From: a virus
Lineage: Duplodnaviria; Caudoviricetes
Direction: 5' to 3' (one strand)
DNA length: 64,000 bases
IMG/VR virus record: IMGVR_UViG_3300044623_001154
Coordinates: 1-64,000 of that record
Shown here piece by piece: positions 37,881 through 48,302 of this stretch (position 1 is the first letter of the stretch; the number at the start of each line of letters is the position of its first letter). A program made the position numbers and the translations under genes. The notes below the pieces were generated by a model that worked only from the letters and a program-made list of their open reading frames with translations, did not search any database and was not told the DNA's origin.

Positions 37881-38263
37881 TGGGAGAAAAGTTACCTGAT
37901 AGTTATGTTCCTGATAGAAGTCTAAAAACATATCCGACTGAAATTGGTTCACAATCATTTGAACCTGATAATATTGAATTATTTAAGTTAGATAAAACTC
38001 AAAACTTAAAACATCATTATGTTACGAAGTTTGAAGAAATTAAATCTGAATATGAAAAATTAATGAATGAGATTCAGGTAAATGAACGGGTTTATAAATC
38101 AAAATATAACTTCATACCTGTTGTCGGTTATCATTATTATCTTTATATTGATGGTGATAAAGAATTCCTTTCAATTATCACACCTGATGAGTGGGGTAAT
38201 AAATTTGGATTCATTGGGAAGTATGTCTTACAGTCAGATGGTAGATGGTTAGAAATTAAATAA
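37880..38263 (+). CDS. DUF2452-like protein
   Basis: YPTE.GS..F.P...Y.F.PV.G..YYLY....FLS.I.P.EW. Confidence 0.7.
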   Translation: MGEKLPDSYVPDRSLKTYPTEIGSQSFEPDNIELFKLDKTQNLKHHYVTKFEEIKSEYEKLMNEIQVNERVYKSKYNFIPVVGYHYYLYIDGDKEFLSIITPDEWGNKFGFIGKYVLQSDGRWLEIK

Positions 38264-38271
38264 TTTGAAAT

Positions 38272-38679
38272 ATGAAAAGAAACATACCTGATATGAGCAA
38301 CCAATTGTTGTTCTATATGGATAAGTGGGGTGAAAAAGGAAACAAGTCTGACCGAACTCCTGAAAAGTATGAGGAAACTATGATTAATCTTGAGAAGAAG
38401 ATTGAGAAGGATATGATTGGGGTTTTATCTAAAATGGGGGTTAATGCTAGTGTTAAGTCTGACAGATATTCATTACCATTTCAGGACCAAATTAAAACGA
38501 CACAACATGGTGAATCGTATTTGAATGGTGCGTTCGAATCAATTAAATTATATCGTGCGGTACTACATAAAATGGTTGACCTGAATGTTTATAAAGTTAG
38601 ATTTTATATCTTTGCTGAGGTTGAAGATTCATTCCCGATGGGTAAAGTAAATTACTACTTCAACTATTATATTCATTAA
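38272..38679 (+). CDS. Hypothetical protein
   Basis: 135-aa ORF. Confidence 0.65.
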   Translation: MKRNIPDMSNQLLFYMDKWGEKGNKSDRTPEKYEETMINLEKKIEKDMIGVLSKMGVNASVKSDRYSLPFQDQIKTTQHGESYLNGAFESIKLYRAVLHKMVDLNVYKVRFYIFAEVEDSFPMGKVNYYFNYYIH

Positions 38680-38910
38680 AATGAGTGTTGCGATAATTAA
38701 ATCGAAAAAGGTTGAAAAACATAATGATGTTTTCATACTTCACGTTGGTTTTAAACACTATGATTTAGGTGTTCAAATTCATAGTTGGGGTGTTAGATTT
38801 ATGTTTATTTGGTGGCATGTTTGCATACATTTAAAATGAATGAAGAAATTAATATTAAAGTTTTCGTTATGGTTATATTATAAATTACCTAAACGTAAAA
38901 GAAAAAGTGT

Positions 38911-39117
38911 GTGGGATTTATGAATATACCTGAAAATGAAAGAACGTTTAATGATATCTATGATGAAATTGTTAATGATTTAAAAGGTAATCTAACCTCA
39001 GATGAATACAAAGAATTAATAACCCTTGAATACGTTCTTACTTGGGGATATAACGAACCAAGTGATTCCAAAAGATATGACGAATTAAGAAATAAAAAAT
39101 ATGAACTCATTAGATAA
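38911..39117 (+). CDS. Small hypothetical protein
   Basis: Overlaps thyA start. Confidence 0.55.
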   Translation: MGFMNIPENERTFNDIYDEIVNDLKGNLTSDEYKELITLEYVLTWGYNEPSDSKRYDELRNKKYELIR

Positions 39118-40315
39118 ACAATACACAGATTTACTTCAAACCATATTAGATTATGGGGTTGGAAAGAAAGATAGAACAGGTACGGGAACTAAATCTATCT
39201 TTGGTTATACCATTCGTCATAATATGAAGGACGGATTTCCTTTGCTCACGACAAAACGAATGCCGTTCCGTCTCATAGCAACAGAGTTAATTTGGTTCCT
39301 TCGTGGTGATACAAACATTAAATTCCTGGTTGATAATGATTGTCATATTTGGGATGGTGATGCGTATAAAAAATATTCAAACCATTTTATCGGATATGAA
39401 GATGTGCCAAATAAAGAATGGTTTATTGAAAGAATAAAAACAGATGATGAGTTTGCTAACAAGTGGGGTGAGTTAGGTCCAATTTATGGTAAGCAATGGA
39501 GAAGATGGACTAAAAAGAAAATGTATTTATCTACGGATGGTTCATATGAAAAAATCTTTGATGAAATGGACCAAACAGTTATTGACCAAATCGCTATCTT
39601 AATCAACGACCTTAAAACAAATCCAGACTCAAGACGATTAATGGTTAATGCGTGGAATGTTGGAGAATTGGATTCAATGGTACTTCCACCTTGTCATTAT
39701 GGATTTCAAGTTTATACAAGAGAGTTGAGTGAGAAAGAAAGGCATAATCTTTTAAAAAAATACAAAGGGTTATTATGTTATGATGGTATAGGAAATGTTA
39801 TGGAATACTATGATTCTATTAATATCCCTAAACGAGCAATCTCATTAATGTGGAATCAACGTTCAGTAGATACATTTTTAGGTTTACCATTTAACATCGC
39901 ATCTTATGGATTGTTATTGGAAATCATTGCTAAAACAGTTAATATGGTTCCTGATGAATTGATTGGAAACTTGGGTGATACTCATCTATATTCAAATCAT
40001 ATTGAACAAGCAAAAGAACAAATTGGTAGAGAATTACGAGTTGATGAAAGAGTTTGTATGTGTTATGAAAACCCCAAATTAGATTTGTCTAAGATACAGG
40101 AAGGAATGAGTGATGAAGAATTCACAAAAGTTTGTGATGAATTTAATATTCCGACAAGAACGAGAACACCATTTGAATTACCGACATTAGTAATATCTAA
40201 TCAAGTTAATTTTAATGAAGGGATTGATGAGTTTTTAAATAGTTGTTTAATCACTGATTTTGTTATTAAGAATTACCAATCACACGGAACTATCAAAGCT
40301 CCATTATCAAATTAA
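39101..40315 (+). CDS. thyA: Thymidylate synthase (long form with insertions)
   Basis: DRTGTGT, FPLLTTK, ELIWFLRG, LGPIYG.QWR, SRRL.VNAWN, LPPCH, QRSVD.FLGLPFNIASY, GDTHLY.NH. Confidence 0.97.
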   Translation: MNSLDKQYTDLLQTILDYGVGKKDRTGTGTKSIFGYTIRHNMKDGFPLLTTKRMPFRLIATELIWFLRGDTNIKFLVDNDCHIWDGDAYKKYSNHFIGYEDVPNKEWFIERIKTDDEFANKWGELGPIYGKQWRRWTKKKMYLSTDGSYEKIFDEMDQTVIDQIAILINDLKTNPDSRRLMVNAWNVGELDSMVLPPCHYGFQVYTRELSEKERHNLLKKYKGLLCYDGIGNVMEYYDSINIPKRAISLMWNQRSVDTFLGLPFNIASYGLLLEIIAKTVNMVPDELIGNLGDTHLYSNHIEQAKEQIGRELRVDERVCMCYENPKLDLSKIQEGMSDEEFTKVCDEFNIPTRTRTPFELPTLVISNQVNFNEGIDEFLNSCLITDFVIKNYQSHGTIKAPLSN

Positions 40316-40318
40316 AAA

Positions 40319-41149
40319 ATGAAACAGATTTACATAATAGCGAAAGAATTTAAGTATCCGTTACTATTGATTTATACGTATATGTTTATCGCACAACTTT
40401 TATTTTTACTTGAGCCTTTTGTGTTGGGTAAAATGATTGATGGTCTGTTAAAAAATGATTATAATTGGTTATATTGTTTCTTAGGTATTATGGTATTTGA
40501 AAATTACTTTATTTACCGAAGAATGGTTTACGATACTAAGGTGTATACAACAATTTATAATAGTGTTGTTCTTAAATTTTTGAAAAACTCAAAGGATTCC
40601 GATAATTCAACAAAAATTGCCAGAACTGAGTTGACCAATAATTTGATTAATTTTTTAGAGAATGATATTCATTACTATATAATGGCGATAATAACATTGG
40701 TGGGGTCATTAATCTTTATATTTTTAGAACACCCAATGACAGGTTTTGTGTCAATGGCTTGTGTAATACCAATATCATTTATTGTGTACCATTTTTATAA
40801 AAAAATATCACAAAGTACTCGTGTTAACCATACACACTACGAGGATAAAATAAGTATAATTACCGAAGGGGATGATGATAAGATTGAATCTTTCTTTAAC
40901 AGACGAAGAAAGATAATGATTTATGGTTCAACATTACAAGGTAAAAATTGGGTTTCATTGATTGGAACAAGAGTTAGTTTTTTAGTGTTGGCATTAATCG
41001 TGTTTACACATAATAACACAAATTTATCTCAAGGGGATTCAATTGCAATGTATGCGTACATTAATCAATTCTTATTTTCCTTAATGTCAATACCTGTTGG
41101 GGTTGAAACATTCACAAGAATTAAAGACGTATTAAACAGAATAAATTAA
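40319..41149 (+). CDS. ABC-transporter transmembrane domain protein (no ATPase)
   Basis: About six TM helices; PFVLGKMIDGL motif. Confidence 0.7.
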   Translation: MKQIYIIAKEFKYPLLLIYTYMFIAQLLFLLEPFVLGKMIDGLLKNDYNWLYCFLGIMVFENYFIYRRMVYDTKVYTTIYNSVVLKFLKNSKDSDNSTKIARTELTNNLINFLENDIHYYIMAIITLVGSLIFIFLEHPMTGFVSMACVIPISFIVYHFYKKISQSTRVNHTHYEDKISIITEGDDDKIESFFNRRRKIMIYGSTLQGKNWVSLIGTRVSFLVLALIVFTHNNTNLSQGDSIAMYAYINQFLFSLMSIPVGVETFTRIKDVLNRIN

Positions 41150-41215
41150 AAAAAATTAACACCCCAATGTAAAAGTTGGGGTTTTTTGTTTATATTTGTA
41201 AAAACGATAAGAGTT

Positions 41216-41374
41216 ATGGAAAGATTTTCAATGAGAGAAGTGTTAAAGGAGAAATACGGTGAACCTGAGAAAAACACTAAAACCGCTAAGTCAACTAAAA
41301 AGGTTGAGAAGAAAGATGGTGGTAAGTACGTTACTAAAATTGTTGATGGTGTTAAATACATGGTTTTAAAATAA
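41216..41374 (+). CDS. Small basic protein
   Basis: After a TATATTTG promoter. Confidence 0.55.
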   Translation: MERFSMREVLKEKYGEPEKNTKTAKSTKKVEKKDGGKYVTKIVDGVKYMVLK

Positions 41375-41379
41375 AAGAT

Positions 41380-41685
41380 ATGAATATAGTAAGTAAAACA
41401 TTAATGGTGAATATCGAGAATGATATCACATTACATAATGGGTCAATTACAATGACTGTAGTACATCAAGTGCACGTATATGAATTAGGTGATGAGATTG
41501 ATGTTGATGTTGAATTAATAGATTTTGATAACGTTGTTTTCTTAGGTATAAGTATTGGATATACAACATTAAGAGAGACCTTGGAAAATGTTGGTATTGA
41601 GTTTCAATCAATGGTGAATGAAGCGTCTAATGATTTAATAAGTGACCAAGACATTGAGTATTTAAAAACATTATATATCAAATAA
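41380..41685 (+). CDS. Hypothetical protein
   Basis: 101-aa ORF. Confidence 0.65.
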   Translation: MNIVSKTLMVNIENDITLHNGSITMTVVHQVHVYELGDEIDVDVELIDFDNVVFLGISIGYTTLRETLENVGIEFQSMVNEASNDLISDQDIEYLKTLYIK

Positions 41686-41688
41686 GGT

Positions 41689-42225
41689 ATGCAAAAAAGA
41701 GCGGTAAGTGGTGTTGTGTTTGAGAATTCATTTATTGGTGATGGTTGGGTTAGAAAGGCAACATCCCCAAGATTAAAATGGGGTGGTAACGGGAGAACAA
41801 TAATTGATAAGATTAAATCAATTAATTATAACCCTGAGTTGTTCATTTTGGATGAGAATTCTAATATGTCAAAGTATGACATCTATAACACAATCACAGG
41901 TGGTAAACGTGAAGTTAAGAAATACCCAAAAGATAGTTTAAAAGGGTGGTCATTATATTCCGAAGCGTTTTTTAAGATTGCTAGTGAGAATGCCGTTAAA
42001 CAAATAAGTGTTGACGTTTACAATAAATTTGTCGAAGATTATTATGAATACCACAAGAACAGTGGTTTATTTGACCGAGTAATAAAAAAGATGAATGAAG
42101 GAATTGAGGGTGTACAAGTGATTGATACATTTATCCCCATGAATGAGTTAGAATTCAAAGTTGATATTATTAGAAACAGTTGGAAAAAATACCATAGATT
42201 AAGTGTACTAATTAAATTGAAATGA
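41689..42225 (+). CDS. Possible PD-(D/E)xK nuclease
   Basis: G..FE ... KYDIY ... REVK spacing. Confidence 0.4.
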   Translation: MQKRAVSGVVFENSFIGDGWVRKATSPRLKWGGNGRTIIDKIKSINYNPELFILDENSNMSKYDIYNTITGGKREVKKYPKDSLKGWSLYSEAFFKIASENAVKQISVDVYNKFVEDYYEYHKNSGLFDRVIKKMNEGIEGVQVIDTFIPMNELEFKVDIIRNSWKKYHRLSVLIKLK

Positions 42226-42563
42226 CTATGAAAACTTGGATTAAACAAATTACGGTAGTGTTCTTATTCACACTGATGTCATCATTCAGTAGAGCACAAT
42301 TCTCACCATTAGGTTATTATGGTTTGAGATTTGGTTGTGGTAATGACGTGGACTTGACCTTTACAGGTTCAATTCTTATGATTGGGGGCGGTGTAACATA
42401 CCTATACGCTAACCAACTTTATCCTGTTATGTATAATCAACAACAACCGACACAACCACAGATTTATAACTTACAAAGAATTGGTGTAACATTAGTTATA
42501 ACAGGTGTGGTAGTTTTAGTTGAGGAATCAATTAGACATGGATTACATAAAAGAAGACGATAA
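42222..42563 (+). CDS. Membrane protein with signal peptide
   Basis: N-terminal signal plus two TM segments. Confidence 0.6.
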   Translation: MTMKTWIKQITVVFLFTLMSSFSRAQFSPLGYYGLRFGCGNDVDLTFTGSILMIGGGVTYLYANQLYPVMYNQQQPTQPQIYNLQRIGVTLVITGVVVLVEESIRHGLHKRRR

Positions 42564-42874
42564 ATTAATTTAAAATGAAAGATATTATGTTTAGTATTGG
42601 AATTGGAATTATGTTAGTAACATATTGTTTGTTAGTTCATAGTGTGGTTAAAAAACCTGACTTGGGTAACAATAATTATAAGTTAAGAGATAAATTATTT
42701 GTCTTACTTCTTTGTGAAATGATAATTATTTGTATCTTTAGACTATGAAATATATCGTAAACACAAAAGATAAACAGATTATAATAATTGAGGGTTTTAC
42801 CAAAGACCTGAAAAGTATTAAAGATATATTCAAAGGGTATCAAATTATTTTTCAACCAATTAAAGATAAAACAG

Positions 42875-43114
42875 ATGGCGGTAATAACAGTAGAAACGAT
42901 TAAGATTGGTAGAGTTACTTATGAAGTAAAAAGTGGTGATTTTATTACGTATAACGGTGTTAATCATATGTTTGTTGCTGGCGACAAAAGAATCCTTAAA
43001 ACAGTTGGATGGGTATCATACGATTCTTTGGTAATGCCAAAGTCGTTAGTGAAAAAAATACCTTTTATTCGAATGACTAAAGTAAACGGTCACACAGGAA
43101 AATGGTACTTTTAA
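42875..43114 (+). CDS. Small hypothetical protein
   Basis: 79-aa ORF before a terminator. Confidence 0.6.
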   Translation: MAVITVETIKIGRVTYEVKSGDFITYNGVNHMFVAGDKRILKTVGWVSYDSLVMPKSLVKKIPFIRMTKVNGHTGKWYF

Positions 43115-43312
43115 ATAAAAAACCCCTATTGTTTAGGGGTTTTTTTAATATATGAATACTCAATAATTGTGTCATGTGAGATTATTTGTTTCTCAGGATA
43201 TGGGTCAATATACAATCGTTTATATAATTCCCAATCCTGAGTTGGGCTCACCGCTGGGTCGAATATTACAAAATCAATTTCTTTATCTTTCATGACTAAT
43301 ATTTTTTAATGT

Positions 43313-44074
43313 TTATACCATTCCTGTAGTTCGGTAGTACTGATTTAAATCACCAACAGTTAATGGTGTGTCAACAGGTTTACCTAATTTTTTGTTAAAT
43401 ACAGGGTTCGCTTTTGCAACTGTTTGTGCGGACATACCATTTGTTTGTAATACATAGTCATTTGGTTTACCTGCGGCTACAGGCCAAAAGTTGAATATGT
43501 ACAAATCAGTAGGTGTTTTAATTTTACCACTTTTATGTCCCGCCATCCAAAATTCTTTTATGGCCTCCATCTGAGTATCTAAATTAGTTCTAATATCTTC
43601 TAATGAGTATTTCTTACCACTTATTGTTTTAGTTGTTCCATTCTTACCATCTGGACAAAATTGAATTAAACCAACACATCCGATACTATTTTTAACCGAA
43701 GGATTTAAACCTGATTCGTGTTGCATCAACTTAATAATTGAATTCTCATCAATACCAATCGCACTTGATATTTCACTAAGTTTAGATTTAAAATTTGGAT
43801 TATTCAATAGTTCTTGACCTTTAGCCGATACATTACCAATACTAACAGGTCCACTTGGAGTACTTGAGGTACTTGACGCACCATCATGTGAACTACCATT
43901 ATTTGATGATGATGAAGAACCTGAATCTTTATCTCTAATTAATTTTTTAGCGTATTCAATAGCTTGTCTACCAATGTCACCAAGACTAAGTCCACCATCA
44001 GAACTACTATCTTGTTCCTTCAAATATTTCTTAACCATTTTGTTTTTTTGCGATTCTGTGATTATAAATTTCAT
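43313..44074 (-). CDS. Leader-bearing lytic transglycosylase (lysozyme-like), likely virion-associated
   Basis: MKFIITESQ leader; Ser-rich linker; MQHESGLNP..KN..G.VGLIQF. Confidence 0.8.
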   Translation of the reverse strand: MKFIITESQKNKMVKKYLKEQDSSSDGGLSLGDIGRQAIEYAKKLIRDKDSGSSSSSNNGSSHDGASSTSSTPSGPVSIGNVSAKGQELLNNPNFKSKLSEISSAIGIDENSIIKLMQHESGLNPSVKNSIGCVGLIQFCPDGKNGTTKTISGKKYSLEDIRTNLDTQMEAIKEFWMAGHKSGKIKTPTDLYIFNFWPVAAGKPNDYVLQTNGMSAQTVAKANPVFNKKLGKPVDTPLTVGDLNQYYRTTGMV

Positions 44075-44141
44075 AATTAATCTTTTAATATATAAATAGT
44101 TTACTATTCTTAAAGTTTATTATAAGATATTTATAAACAGA

Positions 44142-44528
44142 ATGAAAGTAACTATTATACATAAAAAATCAGGAATTAAAAAAGATGAGGTAGAAGTTTA
44201 TAATAAATTTATAAAATACCTTCAGAAGGAATTCCCATTAAAACACGATTTAACAATCACTTTCCTTGGTGAAAGAGTTGGTAAAATGACCACAGGTAGT
44301 AGACTACCTCATGACATTCGAATATTATCTAAAAATAGGATGAATCGTGACATTTTAAGAACCTTGGCTCACGAATGGGTTCATGAACATCAGATGGACG
44401 TTAAGAAACGAGATATGGGTCCTGATATCGGTGGTGAGAATGAAGATGAAGCAAATTCAGAATCAGGAGCCATGATGAAAAAATTTGAACGTGACTTTCC
44501 CGATTCTGAATCAATACTTTATAAGTAA
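44142..44528 (+). CDS. HExxH metallopeptidase-like protein
   Basis: DILRTLAHEWVHEHQ...EDEAN. Confidence 0.75.
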   Translation: MKVTIIHKKSGIKKDEVEVYNKFIKYLQKEFPLKHDLTITFLGERVGKMTTGSRLPHDIRILSKNRMNRDILRTLAHEWVHEHQMDVKKRDMGPDIGGENEDEANSESGAMMKKFERDFPDSESILYK

Positions 44529-45086
44529 TTAAATATTATTTGGTCGTACCCAATTATCTTGGTAATCATATGTGTTAGCACAAAATCTAGCGTAATCATT
44601 TACTAATGGTTTTCCTGTGTTGTAACAACCACAAACAATTTCCCAATCACCATATTTGTCGTGTAATTTTCGTAACAACTTCATACTAATCTCAATGTTT
44701 AATCTAACATCGGTTTTCAACTTATTATTAGGTACACTATGTTTCTGAATTAGTCGAGCCGTTCCTGGCATGATTTGCATTGGTCCTAACGCCCCCACAC
44801 ATGATGTTTGATGTGGGTTATATTTCCAATGAAATGGTCCTTGATAACGAGTTTCCAAAAACGAGATATTGTAAGCAATATGTTTAGGTATTTTATATTT
44901 TTTTGAATATTTCTCAATGTTTTCATACATAAACATTGGTGTTGGGGTTATTATATCTGAATGATTCTTTACCAACACAATCTCTTTTTCAAAATCAGAT
45001 TTTTGGTAGAATGATTGTAAAGACGTGAATAAAATCAACATTGAAACTGTAAATAATGAGACTAGTGTTAAATCTTTAATTTTCAT
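44529..45086 (-). CDS. SLT-domain lytic transglycosylase with N-terminal membrane anchor
   Basis: LET...S..GALGPMQIMP.TA, NI.I...LL..L...YG.W....YN.G. Confidence 0.85.
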   Translation of the reverse strand: MKIKDLTLVSLFTVSMLILFTSLQSFYQKSDFEKEIVLVKNHSDIITPTPMFMYENIEKYSKKYKIPKHIAYNISFLETRYQGPFHWKYNPHQTSCVGALGPMQIMPGTARLIQKHSVPNNKLKTDVRLNIEISMKLLRKLHDKYGDWEIVCGCYNTGKPLVNDYARFCANTYDYQDNWVRPNNI

Positions 45087-45093
45087 AGGTTTT

Positions 45094-45429
45094 TTATTTT
45101 AAAGTGTTAGTAGAATTGTGTTGTCCCCAAACATTCGCTGCGTAAAGTTTAAAAATAGTTTTACCTATTGAATCTTGGTAGACAGTGTAGTCCCCTGTGT
45201 TGTTGTTAATGATGATTAGATGATGACTTTCATCAATTGCCAATGTTACATCTTTCTTTCTAACCCTTTCCATTTCGGTTTTAGGTACAATGGTTTTAGT
45301 TGTCAATTTGCGGTACGTATACCCTACAATGAATGACGCAATTACTGATATGATAACAATACCATATACCATGACGTTTTTAAAAAATTGTTTTGTTAAT
45401 GACATTACTTTTTCAAATTTTTCTTTCAT
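45094..45429 (-). CDS. Single-TM protein
   Basis: Hydrophobic helix; co-transcribed with the SLT gene. Confidence 0.65.
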   Translation of the reverse strand: MKEKFEKVMSLTKQFFKNVMVYGIVIISVIASFIVGYTYRKLTTKTIVPKTEMERVRKKDVTLAIDESHHLIIINNNTGDYTVYQDSIGKTIFKLYAANVWGQHNSTNTLK

Positions 45430-45564
45430 AATCGTTTAGTTTAGATTGTTAATAACTTTTAGTTAAAGTTAATAAAATTTTGGGGATTATTCAATCAAAC
45501 CCCCATAAAAAAAAAGAACCACCAGTGTTTAATTGGTGGTCTCGTGATTTTCTATTTTTTAGTC

Positions 45565-45990
45565 TTAATCAATGGAAACAAGTTCTAAATCAAAGATTAA
45601 TTTTTGTCCTGCCAAAGGATGATTAGCGTCAACTACGATAGTTCCTTCTTTAATTTCGGCAACTTTAACATTAACAGGTCCCATTGGTCCTTCAGCTTGT
45701 AACATATCACCAACTGAAACACCTTCAGGTATTTGTTCTCTTGGGACTTCAACAATCATTTCTGAGTTAACGTCACCATATGCGTTTGATGGGTCAATTT
45801 CAATTGTTTTTTTATCACCGATAGTCATTTCAATAATACCATCTTCAAATCCTTTAATTAAAAGACCTTGTCCTAATTGAGCTTTTAAAGGTTCTCTTCC
45901 TTCAGTTAAAGATGAATCAAAAACAGTCCCATCTTCTAGTCTTCCTGTGTAATTAACTACAACAGTGTCACCATTTTGTACTTTTTTCAT
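45565..45990 (-). CDS. slyD: FKBP-type peptidyl-prolyl isomerase (SlyD/FkpB-like)
   Basis: V.VNYTGRLEDG.VFDSS, LIKGFE, AYG, VDANHPLAG..L.F. Confidence 0.92.
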   Translation of the reverse strand: MKKVQNGDTVVVNYTGRLEDGTVFDSSLTEGREPLKAQLGQGLLIKGFEDGIIEMTIGDKKTIEIDPSNAYGDVNSEMIVEVPREQIPEGVSVGDMLQAEGPMGPVNVKVAEIKEGTIVVDANHPLAGQKLIFDLELVSID

Positions 45991-46037
45991 AATTTAGTTT
46001 TTTAGTAATTATAGTCTATTATTGTTAATAATCAAGT

Positions 46038-46367
46038 TTAATTCAATACAATTTTATTGGTTTCGTAGTCAAAACGAATATCGTAGGTGTAACTGTACAA
46101 CCCCAATGTATTAGTATTATTAGTTATATATATCTCCCCACACTCATTTTTGAGTAATGCAACCAAAGACGCTCCAAAGCACCCCATACTTAAAAACGCC
46201 TCACCTAATTTTGGTGTTGTTAGTCCTAAATTACCGATTAATCGACCATTATCTATAATGTTTTCTAATCGTTTTTTTAGTAATGAACCACCATCGTGTT
46301 GTACGTGTAGACTGAATAATCTATCCCCGTTTTCGTTATATACATTTACAAGTGCTAAAGTTCCCAT
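46038..46367 (-). CDS. Conserved phage hypothetical protein
   Basis: MGT.A....QHDG...F..MGC..A.LVA.LK...G.IY. Confidence 0.7.
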   Translation of the reverse strand: MGTLALVNVYNENGDRLFSLHVQHDGGSLLKKRLENIIDNGRLIGNLGLTTPKLGEAFLSMGCFGASLVALLKNECGEIYITNNTNTLGLYSYTYDIRFDYETNKIVLN

Positions 46368-46390
46368 AGTTCGTTTTTTTCACAAATATA

Positions 46391-46669
46391 CTAAAAAAAG
46401 TCTACAGTGGACATAAATTGTGTACTTTCTGATACCACCATATATTTCCACGATTCATTCATTAAATAATTTAATCCATCAGGATAAATTATCTCAAAGT
46501 CCTCAAGTTTATTATCTTTGGGAATCATTAATTTACAATCAACCATATAACACTTTTGATACTGAGAAAAATGTACTCGATTAACTATAATATAACACCC
46601 GTCCCCATATAGAAGTTCTAAATCTTTTTTGAAAACTTTGTTCAATAAAACTTCTAAAGCTTTTTTCAT
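46391..46669 (-). CDS. Hypothetical protein
   Basis: 92-aa ORF. Confidence 0.65.
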   Translation of the reverse strand: MKKALEVLLNKVFKKDLELLYGDGCYIIVNRVHFSQYQKCYMVDCKLMIPKDNKLEDFEIIYPDGLNYLMNESWKYMVVSESTQFMSTVDFF

Positions 46670-46743
46670 AATAAAAATATACTATAATTCAGTATAAGGT
46701 CAAATTCAGGTTTGGTCAATAATTAATATAAATAACTGTAACA

Positions 46744-46938
46744 ATGAAAATATTCTTATTCATTATCTTATTAATCGTAATTGGATTCCCAATTTATTTT
46801 ATGGTATTATTGTATAACCATTTTAAGAAATTCATACATATTAAGTTCACAACTACCAAGAAAGTTAAAGGTAAAACCGATAATCCGAGTGTTAATTTAA
46901 AATCATTATTATCTCACATGTCAAAACAAAATAAATAA
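46744..46938 (+). CDS. Small single-TM protein
   Basis: N-terminal hydrophobic helix. Confidence 0.55.
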   Translation: MKIFLFIILLIVIGFPIYFMVLLYNHFKKFIHIKFTTTKKVKGKTDNPSVNLKSLLSHMSKQNK

Positions 46939-46940
46939 CT

Positions 46941-47159
46941 ATGAACATAATTTCAATTGAAACTGAATACCAATGGGTATTAAAAACTTTAAATTCATCA
47001 TTAACACTTGACCACATTAATGTGAGTGATAGATTATTTGAATCGTATTTAACTAAATGGTCCGATGAGTTATCTGACATTAAATTAATGACTATTAATT
47101 CAACATATGAACGACAAAAATCGTTGAGAACTATTGAAATCCAAAAAAATATTAACTAA
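46941..47159 (+). CDS. Small hypothetical protein
   Basis: 72-aa ORF. Confidence 0.6.
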   Translation: MNIISIETEYQWVLKTLNSSLTLDHINVSDRLFESYLTKWSDELSDIKLMTINSTYERQKSLRTIEIQKNIN

Positions 47160-47302
47160 TGTTATTAAAACGTTAATTTTTTAAAAAAATAGATATATTT
47201 ATTAATACTATCACACTCATCAGAGTGCCTATATATAATGGGGGTTTGTAATTTATTTACTAACCCCTTTTTTTATTGATAGATAATTACTATATTTGTT
47301 CT

Positions 47303-47488
47303 ATGAAGATAATAAACGAATATTTGATATTAAACCCGATTACGGGTAAAGTTAAAAAATACATTGAACTTGAAGGTGAAATGTTTTTTAAACTTAAAGG
47401 TCATGAAGAAAATAGATACGATTGGGTAAAACCTGAAGTATTTTATGAATTATATGAAGAATCTAAAAAAACTTTTGAAGGATGGTAA
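47303..47488 (+). CDS. Small hypothetical protein
   Basis: ATG after TATATTTG. Confidence 0.55.
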   Translation: MKIINEYLILNPITGKVKKYIELEGEMFFKLKGHEENRYDWVKPEVFYELYEESKKTFEGW

Positions 47489-48096
47489 GAGATGAAAAAA
47501 TAACCATATTTGAAAAAATCCGTTTATGGTGGAGATTTGATGGTAAATATTGCCACAAAAACTTTATTGAAGGTGTTAAAAACCTATGGAAATGGTTTCC
47601 TGTAATATGGAAAGACCGTGATTGGGATTCATTTTTCATTTATGAAGTTATTAGAGTTAAATTGAACAACCAAGCTGAATATATCGGTGGGAAAAATAGA
47701 CACACTAATGCTAAACGTGATGCCGAATTAATGAGATTAACTTCACGTTTAATCCAACGTTGTCAAGATGACCACTACAATATGGAATATATGGATTATC
47801 ACGAATCTAACATTCTTTGGTTGGATGTTACAGATGTAGATAATATCCCTGAAAAATATAAAGATTCCAAAAGATTGGAGATTGAAGAAATTAGTGAGAA
47901 TTTTGATGAATACTTCAAAAAATACCCACGTCAATACAAACGTGTGATGTCAGGTGAGGTTAACCGATTCAGTCGACCTGTAGAAGAAAAAGATAAAAAC
48001 CTAATTGCAATGGAAATTGCTCACGAAAATCAAGATAGATGTCGTAAATTAGTATTCAAAATAATGTCAAATCGTGTCGAGGGATGGTGGGATTGA
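47482..48096 (+). CDS. Conserved phage protein
   Basis: NL.KWFPVIWKDRDWD ... GWWD. Confidence 0.75.
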   Translation: MVRDEKITIFEKIRLWWRFDGKYCHKNFIEGVKNLWKWFPVIWKDRDWDSFFIYEVIRVKLNNQAEYIGGKNRHTNAKRDAELMRLTSRLIQRCQDDHYNMEYMDYHESNILWLDVTDVDNIPEKYKDSKRLEIEEISENFDEYFKKYPRQYKRVMSGEVNRFSRPVEEKDKNLIAMEIAHENQDRCRKLVFKIMSNRVEGWWD

Positions 48097-48278
48097 CGAT
48101 TAACACCCCCAATGGTGTGGGTGAATTAGAAAAAATATATTTAAGTGAACTAGGTTATCTGATGGTTAAATTAAAAAACGGAGATAAAACTTTTACCTCA
48201 TATAATCTTGGTAAACCAAAAGATGAATTATCAATTGATGATTTAATAAAACATTTAACCCAAAATAATAAATTTTAA
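48084..48278 (+). CDS. Small hypothetical protein
   Basis: TPNG.G..EKIY.SELG.LM. Confidence 0.6.
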   Translation: MVGLTINTPNGVGELEKIYLSELGYLMVKLKNGDKTFTSYNLGKPKDELSIDDLIKHLTQNNKF

Positions 48279-48302
48279 TTATATTTGTAAAAAACTTTTA
48301 AA

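Noticed and set aside
39101-40315. Intron or intein in the long thyA
   Set aside because: The ORF is continuous, insertions are short, and there are no intein C/S...HN or homing endonuclease motifs.
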